In this document: piece by piece, positions 7,729-17,893 of the stretch
Layout of the letters: each line of letters begins with the position of its first letter
Position numbering within the stretch: the first letter of the stretch is position 1
DNA from: Pseudomonadota bacterium
GTDB lineage: Bacteria; Pseudomonadota; Alphaproteobacteria; UBA11222
DNA: 34,321 bases
Assembly: GCA_049323975.1 (NCBI GenBank)
Contig: JBMOMY010000036.1
Coordinates: forward strand, 1-34,321
Direction of reading: 5' to 3'
Translations under genes and position numbers: made by a program
The notes under the pieces: generated by a model
The model's database searches: none
The model's input: the letters and a program-made list of their open reading frames with translations, nothing else
Told to the model about the DNA's origin: nothing

Positions 7729-9732
7729 TCACGCCGCCTTGTCGCAGCCCTCGTCCACCAGTTGCACGATGTCCGCCATGATGGCGTTGAGCTGATAGTC
7801 CTTCGGCGTATAGACGCGGGCGACGCCGGCATGGCGCAGGCGGTCCGCGTCCTCGGGCGGGATGATGCCGCCGATGACCACCGGAATATCGCCGATGCCC
7901 GCCGCCCGCATGCGCGCCAGCACATCGAGGGCGAGCGGCACATGGCTGCCGGAAAGGATGGAGAGGCCCACCACATGCACGCCTTCCTCCAGCGCGGCGT
8001 TGACGATCTGCGCCGTGGTCAGGCGGATGCCTTCATAGACCACTTCCATGCCCGCGTCGCGGGCGCGCACGGCGATCTGTTCCGCGCCGTTGGAATGGCC
8101 GTCCAGCCCTGGCTTGCCCACCAGGATTTTCAGCCGCCGCCCGAGCTTTGCGGAGACATGGCCGACAGCGCGGCGCACCTCATCCAGATTGCCGCCGCCC
8201 CCGGGCGCCGCACGGCCGACGCCGGTGGGCGCGCGGTATTCGCCGAAGATTTCGCGCAGCGCCGCCCCCCATTCGCCGGTGGTGACGCCCGCCTTTGCGG
8301 CCGCGATCGAGGGCGGCATGATATTGACCCCGGATTTCGCCGCCTGACGCAGGTTTTCCAGCGCCGCCGCCGCAGCCTTTTCATCGCGCGCGGCGCGCCA
8401 GGCCTTGAGGCGTTCGACCGCCTCGGCCTCCACGGCTTCGTCCACCGTCATGATGCCCCCATCCCCGCCTTGGGCAAGTGGCGAGGGTTCGGTCTCGGTG
8501 AATTTGTTCACCCCCACCACGATATGCGCCCCCGCCTCGATGGCGGCGAGGCGCGCAGTGTTGGATTCCACCAGTTTCTGTTTCATGTAACTGGATTCCA
8601 CCGCCGCCACGCCGCCGCCCATGGCGTCGATGCGGGCCAGTTCCGCCAGCGCCTCGGCTTTCAGTTCCGCAACTTTCGCCGCGATCACATGGCTGCCGTC
8701 GAAAATATCGCCATATTCCAGCAGGTCGGTCTCATAGGCGACGATCTGCTGCAGGCGCAGGGACCATTGCTGATCCCAGGGGCGGGGAAGGCCCAGCGCC
8801 TCGTTCCACGCAGGCAACTGCACAGCGCGGGCGCGGGCGTCCTTGGAGAGCACCACCCCGAGCATTTCCAGCAATATTCTGTAGACGTTGTTTTCCGGCT
8901 GCGGCTCCGTCAGGCCGAGAGAGTTGACCTGCACCCCATAGCGGAAGCGGCGCAGTTTCGCATCCTGCACGCCGTAACGGGTGCGGGTGATCTCATCCCA
9001 TAATTCGCCGAAGGCGCGCATCTTGCACATTTCGGTGATGAAGCGCACCCCGGCGTTGACGAAGAAGCTGATGCGCCCGACGACATCGGGAAAATCCTGT
9101 TCCGGCACCTGGCCGCCCGCCTTCACCGCGTCCAGAATGGCGATGGCGTTGGCCAGCGCGAAGGCAAGCTCCTGTACGGGGGTCGCGCCCGCTTCCTGCA
9201 GATGATAGGAACACACATTGACAGGGTTCCATTTCGGAAGCTCGCGATAGGTATAGGCGATCATGTCCGAGGTCAGGCGCAGGCTGACGTCGGGCGGGAA
9301 GATATAGGTGCCGCGCGACAGATATTCCTTGATCAGATCGTTCTGCGTGGTGCCGGCAAGGGAGGCGCGCGCCGCCCCCTGTTCCTCCGCCGCGGCGATG
9401 TAAAGCGCCAGCAGCCAGGGGGCGGTTGCGTTGATCGTCATGGACGTATTCATACGCGCAAGCGGAATGCCGTCGAACAGGGTGCGCATGTCGCCCAGAT
9501 GCGCCACCGGCACTCCCACTTTGCCCACTTCGCCCCGGGAAAGCGGATGGTCCGCGTCATAGCCGGTCTGGGTCGGCAGGTCGAACGCCACCGACAGGCC
9601 GGTCTGGCCCTTGGCCAGATTGCTGCGGTAAAGCGCATTGGAGGCTTGGGCGGTGGAGTGGCCCGCATACGTGCGTAAAATCCAAGGAGCGTCTCTTTCC
9701 GGCGCGACGCCCGGCTGCCTGGTTTGGGTCAT
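7729..9732 (-). CDS. ecm: Ethylmalonyl-CoA mutase (MeaA), B12-dependent
   Basis: PWILRTYAGHSTA, SVAFDLPTQTGY, B12-binding KPGLDGHSNGAEQIA; divergent from ccr. Confidence 0.95.
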   Translation of the reverse strand: MTQTRQPGVAPERDAPWILRTYAGHSTAQASNALYRSNLAKGQTGLSVAFDLPTQTGYDADHPLSRGEVGKVGVPVAHLGDMRTLFDGIPLARMNTSMTINATAPWLLALYIAAAEEQGAARASLAGTTQNDLIKEYLSRGTYIFPPDVSLRLTSDMIAYTYRELPKWNPVNVCSYHLQEAGATPVQELAFALANAIAILDAVKAGGQVPEQDFPDVVGRISFFVNAGVRFITEMCKMRAFGELWDEITRTRYGVQDAKLRRFRYGVQVNSLGLTEPQPENNVYRILLEMLGVVLSKDARARAVQLPAWNEALGLPRPWDQQWSLRLQQIVAYETDLLEYGDIFDGSHVIAAKVAELKAEALAELARIDAMGGGVAAVESSYMKQKLVESNTARLAAIEAGAHIVVGVNKFTETEPSPLAQGGDGGIMTVDEAVEAEAVERLKAWRAARDEKAAAAALENLRQAAKSGVNIMPPSIAAAKAGVTTGEWGAALREIFGEYRAPTGVGRAAPGGGGNLDEVRRAVGHVSAKLGRRLKILVGKPGLDGHSNGAEQIAVRARDAGMEVVYEGIRLTTAQIVNAALEEGVHVVGLSILSGSHVPLALDVLARMRAAGIGDIPVVIGGIIPPEDADRLRHAGVARVYTPKDYQLNAIMADIVQLVDEGCDKAA

Positions 9733-9783
9733 GGGTTATTCCATTGCGGGAAAACAGGTATTTTCATATAGGTAGCATATTCA

Positions 9784-9799
9784 TTGTTGCGGTGCAAAA
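9784..9799. promoter_or_regulatory. Candidate PhaR/AniA-type operator in the ecm-ccr intergenic region
   Basis: ttgttgcggtgcaaaa contains the TGC-N3-GCA core of alphaproteobacterial PhaR sites. Confidence 0.4.
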
Positions 9800-9877
9800 T
9801 CCGCTTGAATTAACCGCAACGAAAGCGTTTTATCGCAGTCTATGACTTAAATTTAGGCAAACAACCGGAGCCCTTAC

Positions 9878-11152
9878 ATGTCCGCCAGCCAGGCAAAGAT
9901 ACAGGAACTCAAGGATCTCTATGAAATTGGCGAGATCCCCCCGATCGGCCATGTGCCAAAGAACATGTATGCCTGGGCGATCCGGCGCGACCGGCAGGGC
10001 CCGCCGGAACAGGCGATGCAGCTCGAAGTCGTCGAGACGCCCAAGCTCGACAGCAATGAAGTGCTGGTGCTGGTGATGGCGGCTGGCGTCAACTATAATG
10101 GCGTCTGGGCCGCGCTGGGCACCCCGGTCTCGGTCTTCGACGTACATGATCAGCCCTATCACATCGCCGGTTCCGACGCTTCCGGCATCGTTTACGCCGT
10201 GGGATCGAAAGTCACCCGCTGCAAGGTCGGGGACGAGGTTGTTGTGCACTGCAACCAGACCGATGGCGACGACGAGGAATGCAATGGCGGCGACCCCATG
10301 TTCTCCAACAGCCAGCGCATCTGGGGCTATGAGACGCCGGACGGCTCCTTCGCCCAGTTCTGCCGGGTGCAGGCGCAGCAGATCATGCCGCGCCCCAGGC
10401 ATCTGACCTGGGAGGAAAGCGCCTGCTACACCCTGACGCTGGCCACCACCTACCGCATGCTGTTCGGCCACAAGCCGCATATTCTCAGCCCCGGCGACAA
10501 TGTTCTGGTATGGGGGGCGAGCGGCGGACTCGGTTCTTTCGCGGTGCAGCTCTGCGCCACTTCCGGCGCGAACGCCATTGGCGTCGTCTCCGATGAAAGC
10601 AAGCGCGATTTCGTGATGTCCCTGGGCGCCAAGGGCGTGATCATCCGCAACGATTTCAACTGCTGGGGCCAGTTGCCCCAGGTCAACGGGCCGGGTTTTG
10701 CCGAATACATGACCGAGGTGCGTAAATTCGGCAAGGCCATCTGGGATATCACCGGCAAGGGAGTGGATGTGGACTTCGTGTTCGAGCATCCGGGAGAGGC
10801 GACCTTCCCCGTTTCCTGCATGGTCTGCAAGCGCGGCGGCATGGTGGTGTTCTGCGCGGGCACGACCGGCTATAACCTGACCTTCGACGCCCGCTTCGTG
10901 TGGATGCGGCAGAAGCGCATCCAGGGCAGCCATTTCGCCAATCTCATGCAGGCCAGCCAGGCCAACCGGCTGGTGATCGACCGCCGCATCGACCCCTGCA
11001 TGTCGGAGGTGTTCCCCTTCCATGACATCCCAAGGGCGCATACCAAGATGTGGAAGAACGAACACGCGCCTGGCAATATGGCGGTGATGGTCTGCGCCAA
11101 GCGGCCCGGCCTGCGCACTGTCGAAGACACCATAGAGGCAGGACTGGAATAG
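9878..11152 (+). CDS. ccr: Crotonyl-CoA carboxylase/reductase
   Basis: KDLYEIGEIPPIGHVPK, VMAAGVNYNGVWA, IWGYETPDGSFAQF, WMRQKRIQGSHFAN. Confidence 0.97.
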   Translation: MSASQAKIQELKDLYEIGEIPPIGHVPKNMYAWAIRRDRQGPPEQAMQLEVVETPKLDSNEVLVLVMAAGVNYNGVWAALGTPVSVFDVHDQPYHIAGSDASGIVYAVGSKVTRCKVGDEVVVHCNQTDGDDEECNGGDPMFSNSQRIWGYETPDGSFAQFCRVQAQQIMPRPRHLTWEESACYTLTLATTYRMLFGHKPHILSPGDNVLVWGASGGLGSFAVQLCATSGANAIGVVSDESKRDFVMSLGAKGVIIRNDFNCWGQLPQVNGPGFAEYMTEVRKFGKAIWDITGKGVDVDFVFEHPGEATFPVSCMVCKRGGMVVFCAGTTGYNLTFDARFVWMRQKRIQGSHFANLMQASQANRLVIDRRIDPCMSEVFPFHDIPRAHTKMWKNEHAPGNMAVMVCAKRPGLRTVEDTIEAGLE

Positions 11153-11260
11153 GCTGTTTACGGATCGGACGCCCCGCTAACCCGGCGGTATGGAATTGCC
11201 CGCTGCTGCATGAGTGTGTAAAAGGTGATACACGCGCCGTCACTTTGAGGAGTGAAGGCT

Positions 11261-11482
11261 ATGGCGGCCGATAATCCAAGAATCCAGGTAATGCTCGACG
11301 AGGAGACCAACGCGTTGCTGTCCGATCTTGCAGGACGGCAGCAGCGCTCTATCTCCTCAACCGCCGCCAGTTTGATCCGCGAGGCGCTGGAACTGCATGA
11401 AGATATTCTGCTTTCTAAACACGCCGATGCGCGATACAGCGCCGCCCAAAAGTGGGTGAAGCACGAAGACGCATGGAAGTAG
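11261..11482 (+). CDS. Ribbon-helix-helix antitoxin (RelB-like partner)
   Basis: NPRIQVML...SISSTAASLIREALELHED...VKHEDAWK; GAGGAG RBS; directly upstream of a RelE-like gene. Confidence 0.8.
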   Translation: MAADNPRIQVMLDEETNALLSDLAGRQQRSISSTAASLIREALELHEDILLSKHADARYSAAQKWVKHEDAWK

Positions 11483-11485
11483 CGC

Positions 11486-11748
11486 GTGTGGAAGCTGCGT
11501 TACGCGGACAGCGTTGTCCTCGAAGATATGCCGCGGCTGGACCAGGCAATCAAACAGCGCATCCGCAAAGCGATTGAAACAAAACTGACGCTGGACCCTA
11601 TACGATTTGGTAAACCCTTGCGGCACAGCCTGCATCCTTTGCGCAGTTTGCGCGTGGGCGATTACCCTGTGCTTTACCACATCGGGCATGAAGTACAGCT
11701 TGTATCTATCGTATCGATTGGCCTCGCCGGGATGTATATGACGAATAA
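11486..11748 (+). pseudogene. RelE/ParE family toxin, apparently frameshifted near the C-terminus
   Basis: DPIRFGKPLRHSL...SLRVGDYPVLY. The canonical tail IGHRRDVY(DE*) is recovered only by adding one base at 11723-11724 (ggc c-t cgc cgg gat gta tat gac gaa taa). The uncorrected ORF runs to 11785. Confidence 0.75.
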
Positions 11749-11889
11749 ATATGGTTTACAGTCATCCGCCGCCTCACTAGCATGATCCAGTCTCTACTGA
11801 CCCAAATCTGAGGTTCGTCACATTAATCCGCCAGCGCTGAACGAACTTCAGCTTCTTCCTTAGGGTCACTAGCGAATGTGTGATTCTAT

Positions 11890-11959
11890 TGTGGTTTTGG
11901 ATTTGAAGTTGCTGTAAGCATCCGCCGCAATTAATAGCAGCAGCTTCAAATCCACCACA
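11890..11959. repeat. Long imperfect inverted repeat immediately upstream of the TauD-family RBS
   Basis: tgtggt(ttt)ggatttgaagttgctg (11890-11914) pairs with cagcagcttcaaatccaccaca (11938-11959); 23 nt loop. Confidence 0.75.
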
Positions 11960-11978
11960 CTGGCAAGGAGGGTTTGTG

Positions 11979-12923
11979 ATGGCTCTTCACGTTCAACCGC
12001 TGGAAGCCCCTTTGGGGGCGCTAGTTTATGGCTGGAACCCTGCTGCGGATTTGCCGGCCGCTGATGAAGCGATCATCCGCCAGGCCCTGCAAGAACGGCA
12101 GGTGCTGGTGTTTCGCGGACATGCCTCGCCGACAGACAGGGAACTGGTCCGTTTCGCCTACCGGTTCGGCAATCTGATCAAGGGATCGGAATGGTTTGGC
12201 GACATCGATCCGGTGGCGGAAATCCTGCGCGTCAACAATCTGGTGGGCGATGACGGCGTGGCGCAGGGGACGGGCGCCTCTTCCTCGCTGGAATGGCATG
12301 CGGATTATTCCTATGTCCCCACGGTGGGCAAGGAAAGCTTTCTGGAGGCGGTGGAAGTTCCCACCCGAAAGCCGCCGCAAACCTGTTTCTCCAATCAGTA
12401 TGCGGCGTTCGCCTCCCTGCCCAAAGCCTTGGCCGACCGGCTGCGCCCCCTCTATGCGCTGCACAGCATCACCGGTTACGGCAAGGACGGCGATCAGGAA
12501 TTGCAGATCACCGGCGCCCCCGAAGGAGAGGAGAATTTCCGCGAGAGTTTCAAGGCCAAGAAGGAGCGCAACGCGCGCCTGGGCATTTCACGCCCGCCCA
12601 TTCCGAAGGCGATCCACCCGCTGGTGATGCGCCATCCCGATACGGGCCGCGAAATCCTCTATGTCAGCAAGGGCATCACCCGCAACATCATCGGCATGCC
12701 CAGGGATGAAAGCGGCGCCCTGCTGAAGGAGTTGCACCAGCACTCCACGCGGCCCGAAAACGTCTACGCCCATGACTGGCGGGTGGGGGATATGGTGATG
12801 TTCGACACCCTCGGCACCCTGCACCGGCGCGACGCCTGGGACCCGGCCGAACGCCGGGTGATGCGCCAGCTCAGCACCCTGTGGACGCCGCCCGCCCATG
12901 CGCACAGCATCGCAGCGGAGTGA
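11979..12923 (+). CDS. TauD/TfdA family Fe(II)/2-oxoglutarate dioxygenase
   Basis: WHADYSY (HxD), HPLVMRHPDTGR, WRVGDMVMFD...LHRR; AAGGAGG RBS. Confidence 0.9.
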   Translation: MALHVQPLEAPLGALVYGWNPAADLPAADEAIIRQALQERQVLVFRGHASPTDRELVRFAYRFGNLIKGSEWFGDIDPVAEILRVNNLVGDDGVAQGTGASSSLEWHADYSYVPTVGKESFLEAVEVPTRKPPQTCFSNQYAAFASLPKALADRLRPLYALHSITGYGKDGDQELQITGAPEGEENFRESFKAKKERNARLGISRPPIPKAIHPLVMRHPDTGREILYVSKGITRNIIGMPRDESGALLKELHQHSTRPENVYAHDWRVGDMVMFDTLGTLHRRDAWDPAERRVMRQLSTLWTPPAHAHSIAAE

Positions 12924-13177
12924 AGCAATTCATTCACTCTCCCGCCGCCCATAACGCGTCGCGCCGAATAAATTCCCTGTCCTGATCCCGCGCGCGCCTG
13001 CGCCGCGCGACCCCTTCCGGCAAGGGCGCCGCTTAGAGCCGAGAGCCCGCCTTGCAAAAAGGCGGCTCCACCCCCCCCGCTTGCGGGGAGGCGCGGAATG
13101 CGCCTATGATGCGGAGCGAAGTCTGTACGGCGGAATAAACCCGCCTGACCGGTCAACCACAAGAACAGGGCGGACAG

Positions 13178-13957
13178 ATGGGGGAAAACTACCGGACGGA
13201 ACAGCTCGAGGTCAGGGGATACCGGGTTCCGGTGCAGATCGGCGGCAAGGGGGAGCCGTTACTGCTGCTGCATGGGGCCGGAGGGGCTGGCCTGTGGACG
13301 CCATTTCACGCGGCGCTGGCGGAACGCTTCACCGTCTACGCCCCGGTGCATCCGGGTTTTGCGGGCACGCCGCTTCCCGACTGGGTCAAGAGCGTGGCGG
13401 ACCTGGTTTATCATTACATGGATGTGCTGAACGCCCTGGGGCTTCGCCGCATCACCCTGGCGGGCATCTCCCTGGGGGGCTGGATCGCCACGGAGTTTGC
13501 GGTGACGCGGCCCGATCTCGTGCAGCGTCTGGTGCTGATGGCCCCCATAGGCGTGCGGCCCGATTCGCCGATGCCCGATCTCTTCATCCTCGATCCGCAG
13601 GAAGCGCCGCGCTATCTGTTCGCCGATCCGAAAATGGCGGCGGCGCTCCGGCCGGCGGCGCCGCCCAGCGCGGAGATGATCACCGCCATGTGGTCGGAAC
13701 AGGCGGCGGTGGCGCGGCTGATCTGGAAGCGCCCCTATAATCCGCAGCTTGAGCGCAGGCTGCACCACATCACCGCTCCGGTCCTGCTGCTGTGGGGCGC
13801 GGAGGACCGCCTGGTTCCCGCCGCCCATGGCCGCAAGCTCCAGAAGCTGATCGCCAACGCGCAGCTCGTAGTGATCGAGGGGGCGGGCCATGTCGCGCCG
13901 CTGGAAAAACCCGGGGAAATGGCGCAGGCGATCCTTCGCTTCGCCAGCGCCGGCTAG
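13178..13957 (+). CDS. Alpha/beta fold hydrolase
   Basis: LLLLHGAGG, nucleophile elbow GISLGG, WGAEDRLVP, GAGH. Confidence 0.9.
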   Translation: MGENYRTEQLEVRGYRVPVQIGGKGEPLLLLHGAGGAGLWTPFHAALAERFTVYAPVHPGFAGTPLPDWVKSVADLVYHYMDVLNALGLRRITLAGISLGGWIATEFAVTRPDLVQRLVLMAPIGVRPDSPMPDLFILDPQEAPRYLFADPKMAAALRPAAPPSAEMITAMWSEQAAVARLIWKRPYNPQLERRLHHITAPVLLLWGAEDRLVPAAHGRKLQKLIANAQLVVIEGAGHVAPLEKPGEMAQAILRFASAG

Positions 13958-14006
13958 CCTGACCCGCCATGATGGCCATGCAGGACAGAAACTAGGGAGT
14001 TGAAAA

Positions 14007-15203
14007 ATGAGCGCCCCGATGGAAATTTTCTTCTTTCACCTCATGCCCTGGCCGCAGATCCCGGAAAACGTCACACAGAAATACGGCTCTTCCTGGGTCG
14101 TGCTGCCCAACAGTTATTACGAGCCGCAACTCGGCCATGAACTGTACAACCAGTATCTGGACCAGCTCGAATATGCGGACCAGCTTGGATTCGACGCGCT
14201 CTGCGTGAACGAGCACCATCAGAACGGCTATGGGCTGATGCCTTCGCCGAACATCATGGCGGCCACGCTGGCGCGCCGCACCAAAAACGCCAAGATCGCC
14301 ATTCTCGGCAATGGCGTCAATCTGCGGGAAAATCCCCTGCGGGTGGCCGAGGAGGTGGCCATGCTGGACGTGATTTCAGGCGGGCGGATCCTGTCCGGCT
14401 TCGTGCGCGGCATCGGCGCTGAATATTATTCGCTCAATCTCGATCCGTCCCAGTCCCGCAGCCGTTTCCACGAGGCCCATGACCTGATCATCAAGGCGTG
14501 GACGGAACCTGGCCCTTTCGAATGGGATGGAGAGCATTTCCGCTTCCGCTATGTGAATGTCTGGCCGCGGGTGTTTCAGAAGCCCCATCCGCCGATCTTT
14601 TCGCCTTCTCAGGGATCGTCTGAAACCATCCGCTGGGCGGCGCAGCATGGCTATCCCTATATCTGCACCTATGCGCCCATCGACCAGCTTGTGCATTACT
14701 ACACCCTGTACCGCCAGATCGCTGCGGAGGAATACGGCTACGCCGCCGGGCCGGAAAAATTCGGATGGACCTCTATGGTTTACGTGGCGAAGGATGAAAA
14801 GACCGCCGTCGAGGAGGCGCGCGCCCATATCGAATATTTCAACAAGCGCTGTTTCGCCCTGCCTCCGCAAATGCTGGTGCCGCCGGGATATACCAGCCCC
14901 GATTCCTTCCGGAACATGGTGCAGGCGCGGATGGCGCGCCCCACACAGTTCGATTATGACGAGATGATCGCCACGGGCCAGGCGCTGATCGGCACGCCGG
15001 AACAGGTGGGAGAACGGCTGCTGCGCAATATGGAGCGCGCCGGCACGGGCATCTTCATGGGGGCGTTCCAGGTGGGCGACATGCCCCATGCCAAGGTGAT
15101 GAAGAATCTGGAGCTGTTCGCCAAGGAAGTTCTGCCGCACCTGCCGCGCACCAAACATGATTACCGGGCGAAACCCCCGCTTCCAGCCAGGGCGGCGGGC
15201 TGA
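14007..15203 (+). CDS. LLM-class (luciferase-like) flavin-dependent monooxygenase
   Basis: ADQLGFD...NEHHQ...PSP, PLRVAEEVAMLDVISGGR, QKPHPPI, ELFAKEVLP. Confidence 0.92.
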   Translation: MSAPMEIFFFHLMPWPQIPENVTQKYGSSWVVLPNSYYEPQLGHELYNQYLDQLEYADQLGFDALCVNEHHQNGYGLMPSPNIMAATLARRTKNAKIAILGNGVNLRENPLRVAEEVAMLDVISGGRILSGFVRGIGAEYYSLNLDPSQSRSRFHEAHDLIIKAWTEPGPFEWDGEHFRFRYVNVWPRVFQKPHPPIFSPSQGSSETIRWAAQHGYPYICTYAPIDQLVHYYTLYRQIAAEEYGYAAGPEKFGWTSMVYVAKDEKTAVEEARAHIEYFNKRCFALPPQMLVPPGYTSPDSFRNMVQARMARPTQFDYDEMIATGQALIGTPEQVGERLLRNMERAGTGIFMGAFQVGDMPHAKVMKNLELFAKEVLPHLPRTKHDYRAKPPLPARAAG

Positions 15204-15212
15204 GCAGGACCC

Positions 15213-15248
15213 TCTTCCGGCTAGCCGCTGCTGTTCAAGGGTGAAGAC
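15213..15248 (+). repeat. 36 bp direct repeat, left copy (degenerate vapC fragment)
   Basis: tcttccggctagccgctgctgttcaagggtgaagac; 34/36 identical to 19407-19442. Confidence 0.85.
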
Positions 15249-15306
15249 GCGGGGCCGGGCCTGTTACCGCCGGAGCGGGCGTGGGAGCGCCGAGATTCCG
15301 CGTTCA

Positions 15307-17376
15307 TCATGCCAGATCCCGGATATTTGGTTCACGATCAAAGAAACGCATTGCAGCGGCCTCCACAAACGCGCCGTCAAGGCCAGTCACCCCCGCGTCC
15401 GGTACGACGTTCGCCCGTTCCAGCAATGGTTGCGCCTCGGCATTATGCCCGATAGCCTTGAGATGCGCGAAGGCGTTCGCCACCCATTCGACAGCAGCCG
15501 ACTCTTTGATCAGCATCCCCACGGCTTTTGACGACAGCAATACCGCTACCGCATCAAAAAGTTGCGACGGGGCGCCCGCGAGCTGCCCATGCGCCTTCAT
15601 CACGTTTCCATCCGAAAGCCTGGCTCCACCGATTTTAGGCGCAACCAATTTGACTGTTGCGCCTGATTTCTGGATGGCTTTTTTTAACCTGGAAAGCATG
15701 ACGGCGTCGCTGCCATCTGCGATTAGAATGCCCACGCACCGGCCTTTGAGGATTGCTTTCATGTTTTTCTGAATCGAAAGCGCGGGAGAAGGGTCAAGCT
15801 GCTGCAAGCTTGCTGCGGCAGGAGCTTTTTTCGGTAAAGCGATATTAAGTCCGCCAGCCACCCGTTTGGCGAGCTCTTCACTGACATTGCGCAAATTGGC
15901 CACAACACGGGGCGGCACATGCTCCAGCATGACCTTGGAAAGTTCAAAAACCAGCGCCGAGGCGATATGAGCCTGCTCGTTCTCAGTCTGTGATTCGAAA
16001 AACATGCGCGCCTGGCTGTAATGATCCGCAAAAGATTCAGGACGTAAGCGTAACTTTTCGCCCTGTTCCTCATTTTCAGCCCGGCCGGGAAAACTGGAAA
16101 AACCGCTGACGGGACATTCACGTGGTCCGGGCTCCTCATCCGCCTCGCCGAGACTGTTTGGTTCATAATTCGCACGTCCCGCCGGCACGAGGGTTTGCAT
16201 CATCCCGTCGCGCTGAAAATTGGCGAACGGGCACTTGGGCGCGTTGATCGGGATCTGGTGAAAATTGGCGGTACCCAGGCGGGATTTCTGCGTGTCGAGA
16301 TAACTGAACAGCCGGCCTTGCAATAGCGGATCATTCGTGAAATCGATACCGGGGACAATATTGCCCGGGCAATAGGCCACCTGTTCTGTCTCCGCAAAAA
16401 AATTATCCGGATTGCGGTTAAGGACCATGCGTCCCACCATTCGCAGCGGCACTTTCTCCTCTGGGATCAGTTTCGTCGGGTCGAGCACATCATAGGGCAG
16501 GGAATCAGCCAGCTTCTGGTCAAAAAGCTGCAGTCCCAGCTCCCATTCCGGGAAATCTCCCTGCTCAATCGATTCAAAGAGGTCACGACGATGGTAATCA
16601 TTGTCTGCCGCCTGAAGTTTCACAGCCTCGTCCCATACGGTGGATTGCAGGCCGAGTTTGGGTTTCCAGTGGAACTTCACAAAAGTGGATTTACCCTTGG
16701 CGTTGATAAAACGAAAAGTATGAACTCCAAAACCTTCCATCATGCGCAGAGAACGCGGAATGGCGCGGTCAGACATCGCCCACATGATCATATGGGTGGA
16801 TTCGGGCATGAGCGAAATAAAGTCCCAAAACGTATCATGCGCGCTGGCGGCTTGCGGGTAACCGCAATCGGCCTCCATCTTTACGGCGTGGATCAGGTCT
16901 GGAAACTTGATTGCATCCTGAATGAAAAAAACCGGTATGTTGTTACCGACAAGATCCCAATTTCCTTTTTGAGTGTAGAACTTTACGGCGAAACCGCGTA
17001 CGTCGCGCGGCGTATCAACAGATCCGGCGCCGCCGGCGACTGTTGAAAAGCGGGTAAATACAGGCGTCCTCTCGCCTGCGCGCTGGAAAAGATCCGCAGT
17101 GGTGACGTCGGAAAGCGATTCATACAATTCAAAAAACCCGTGCGCCGCAGAACCCCGCGCATGCACGATGCGTTCTGGAATACGCTCATGATCGAAATGA
17201 AAGATTTTCTCACGGAGGAGGAAATCTTCAAGCAGCACCGGTCCGCGCGCGCCTGACGTCAAACTGTTCTGGTTATCGGAAACCGGCGCGCCGAGATTGC
17301 TCGTAAGGGCGGATTGGCCCATTTTAGCCGTTTGATGAGTTTCCCCGCCCTTAGGGTAATGATTTTTTTTGCTCAT
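15307..17376 (-). CDS. katE: Large-subunit monofunctional catalase (HPII/KatE type)
   Basis: [25 protein letters not shown] heme ligand motif, C-terminal DJ-1/GATase-like domain; 689 aa. Confidence 0.96.
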   Translation of the reverse strand: MSKKNHYPKGGETHQTAKMGQSALTSNLGAPVSDNQNSLTSGARGPVLLEDFLLREKIFHFDHERIPERIVHARGSAAHGFFELYESLSDVTTADLFQRAGERTPVFTRFSTVAGGAGSVDTPRDVRGFAVKFYTQKGNWDLVGNNIPVFFIQDAIKFPDLIHAVKMEADCGYPQAASAHDTFWDFISLMPESTHMIMWAMSDRAIPRSLRMMEGFGVHTFRFINAKGKSTFVKFHWKPKLGLQSTVWDEAVKLQAADNDYHRRDLFESIEQGDFPEWELGLQLFDQKLADSLPYDVLDPTKLIPEEKVPLRMVGRMVLNRNPDNFFAETEQVAYCPGNIVPGIDFTNDPLLQGRLFSYLDTQKSRLGTANFHQIPINAPKCPFANFQRDGMMQTLVPAGRANYEPNSLGEADEEPGPRECPVSGFSSFPGRAENEEQGEKLRLRPESFADHYSQARMFFESQTENEQAHIASALVFELSKVMLEHVPPRVVANLRNVSEELAKRVAGGLNIALPKKAPAAASLQQLDPSPALSIQKNMKAILKGRCVGILIADGSDAVMLSRLKKAIQKSGATVKLVAPKIGGARLSDGNVMKAHGQLAGAPSQLFDAVAVLLSSKAVGMLIKESAAVEWVANAFAHLKAIGHNAEAQPLLERANVVPDAGVTGLDGAFVEAAAMRFFDREPNIRDLA

Positions 17377-17430
17377 CCGTTCCTCCTGTCTTCCTCATCC
17401 AGAAAAGACGTATAATTTCAGCATAATTAT

Positions 17431-17691
17431 TCAAACCTGCTTGCCGCGCAGCATCCTCGCCAACCCGATCAGGAGGCAGGCGCCCACGACGCCGGCGATC
17501 AAATAGCCGATCCAGCCTATTGTCAGGATTCCCAATGCCGAAAAAATCACATTCGCGACAAACGCCCCTGTAATGCCGAGAATGATATTCATCAGTAATC
17601 CGTGATCGGACTTCATGAGCTTTTCGGCGATAAACCCTGCAAGGCCGCCGATGATGATGGCGGCCAGCCAGCCAATTGATTGTTCCGGCAT
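17431..17691 (-). CDS. GlsB/YeaQ/YmgE family stress-response membrane protein
   Basis: IGWLAAIIIGGLAGFIAEKLM...NIILGITGA...GVVGACLLI; three hydrophobic helices; AGGAG RBS before MPEQ. Confidence 0.88.
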   Translation of the reverse strand: MPEQSIGWLAAIIIGGLAGFIAEKLMKSDHGLLMNIILGITGAFVANVIFSALGILTIGWIGYLIAGVVGACLLIGLARMLRGKQV

Positions 17692-17893
17692 ATTGCTCCT
17701 CATGAAATATTGAATAATGAAGTCTAAGAAACGCTTCGCTCACCCAAGAATGGGCGTGATTACCGAAATCAATTCCCAACAGTTTTGCGGCTGCTGAAAT
17801 AAGTATTCCATTCGGAAAGACCCTTGTCCGCTTAATGGTCGATTTTAGTGTCCGGATTTATGAGGGCGAGCGCAGACGCATCTCGCGATGATT

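Noticed and set aside
7627-11065. Long antisense ORFs 7627-9003 (+) and 9830-11065 (-)
   Set aside because: Shadow frames of ecm and ccr with no recognisable motifs.
14875-14884. 10 bp match (tggtgccgcc) to the tRNA-Thr 3' end, as a possible att site
   Set aside because: Short, GC-rich and inside the LLM coding sequence; no integrase in the window; likely chance.
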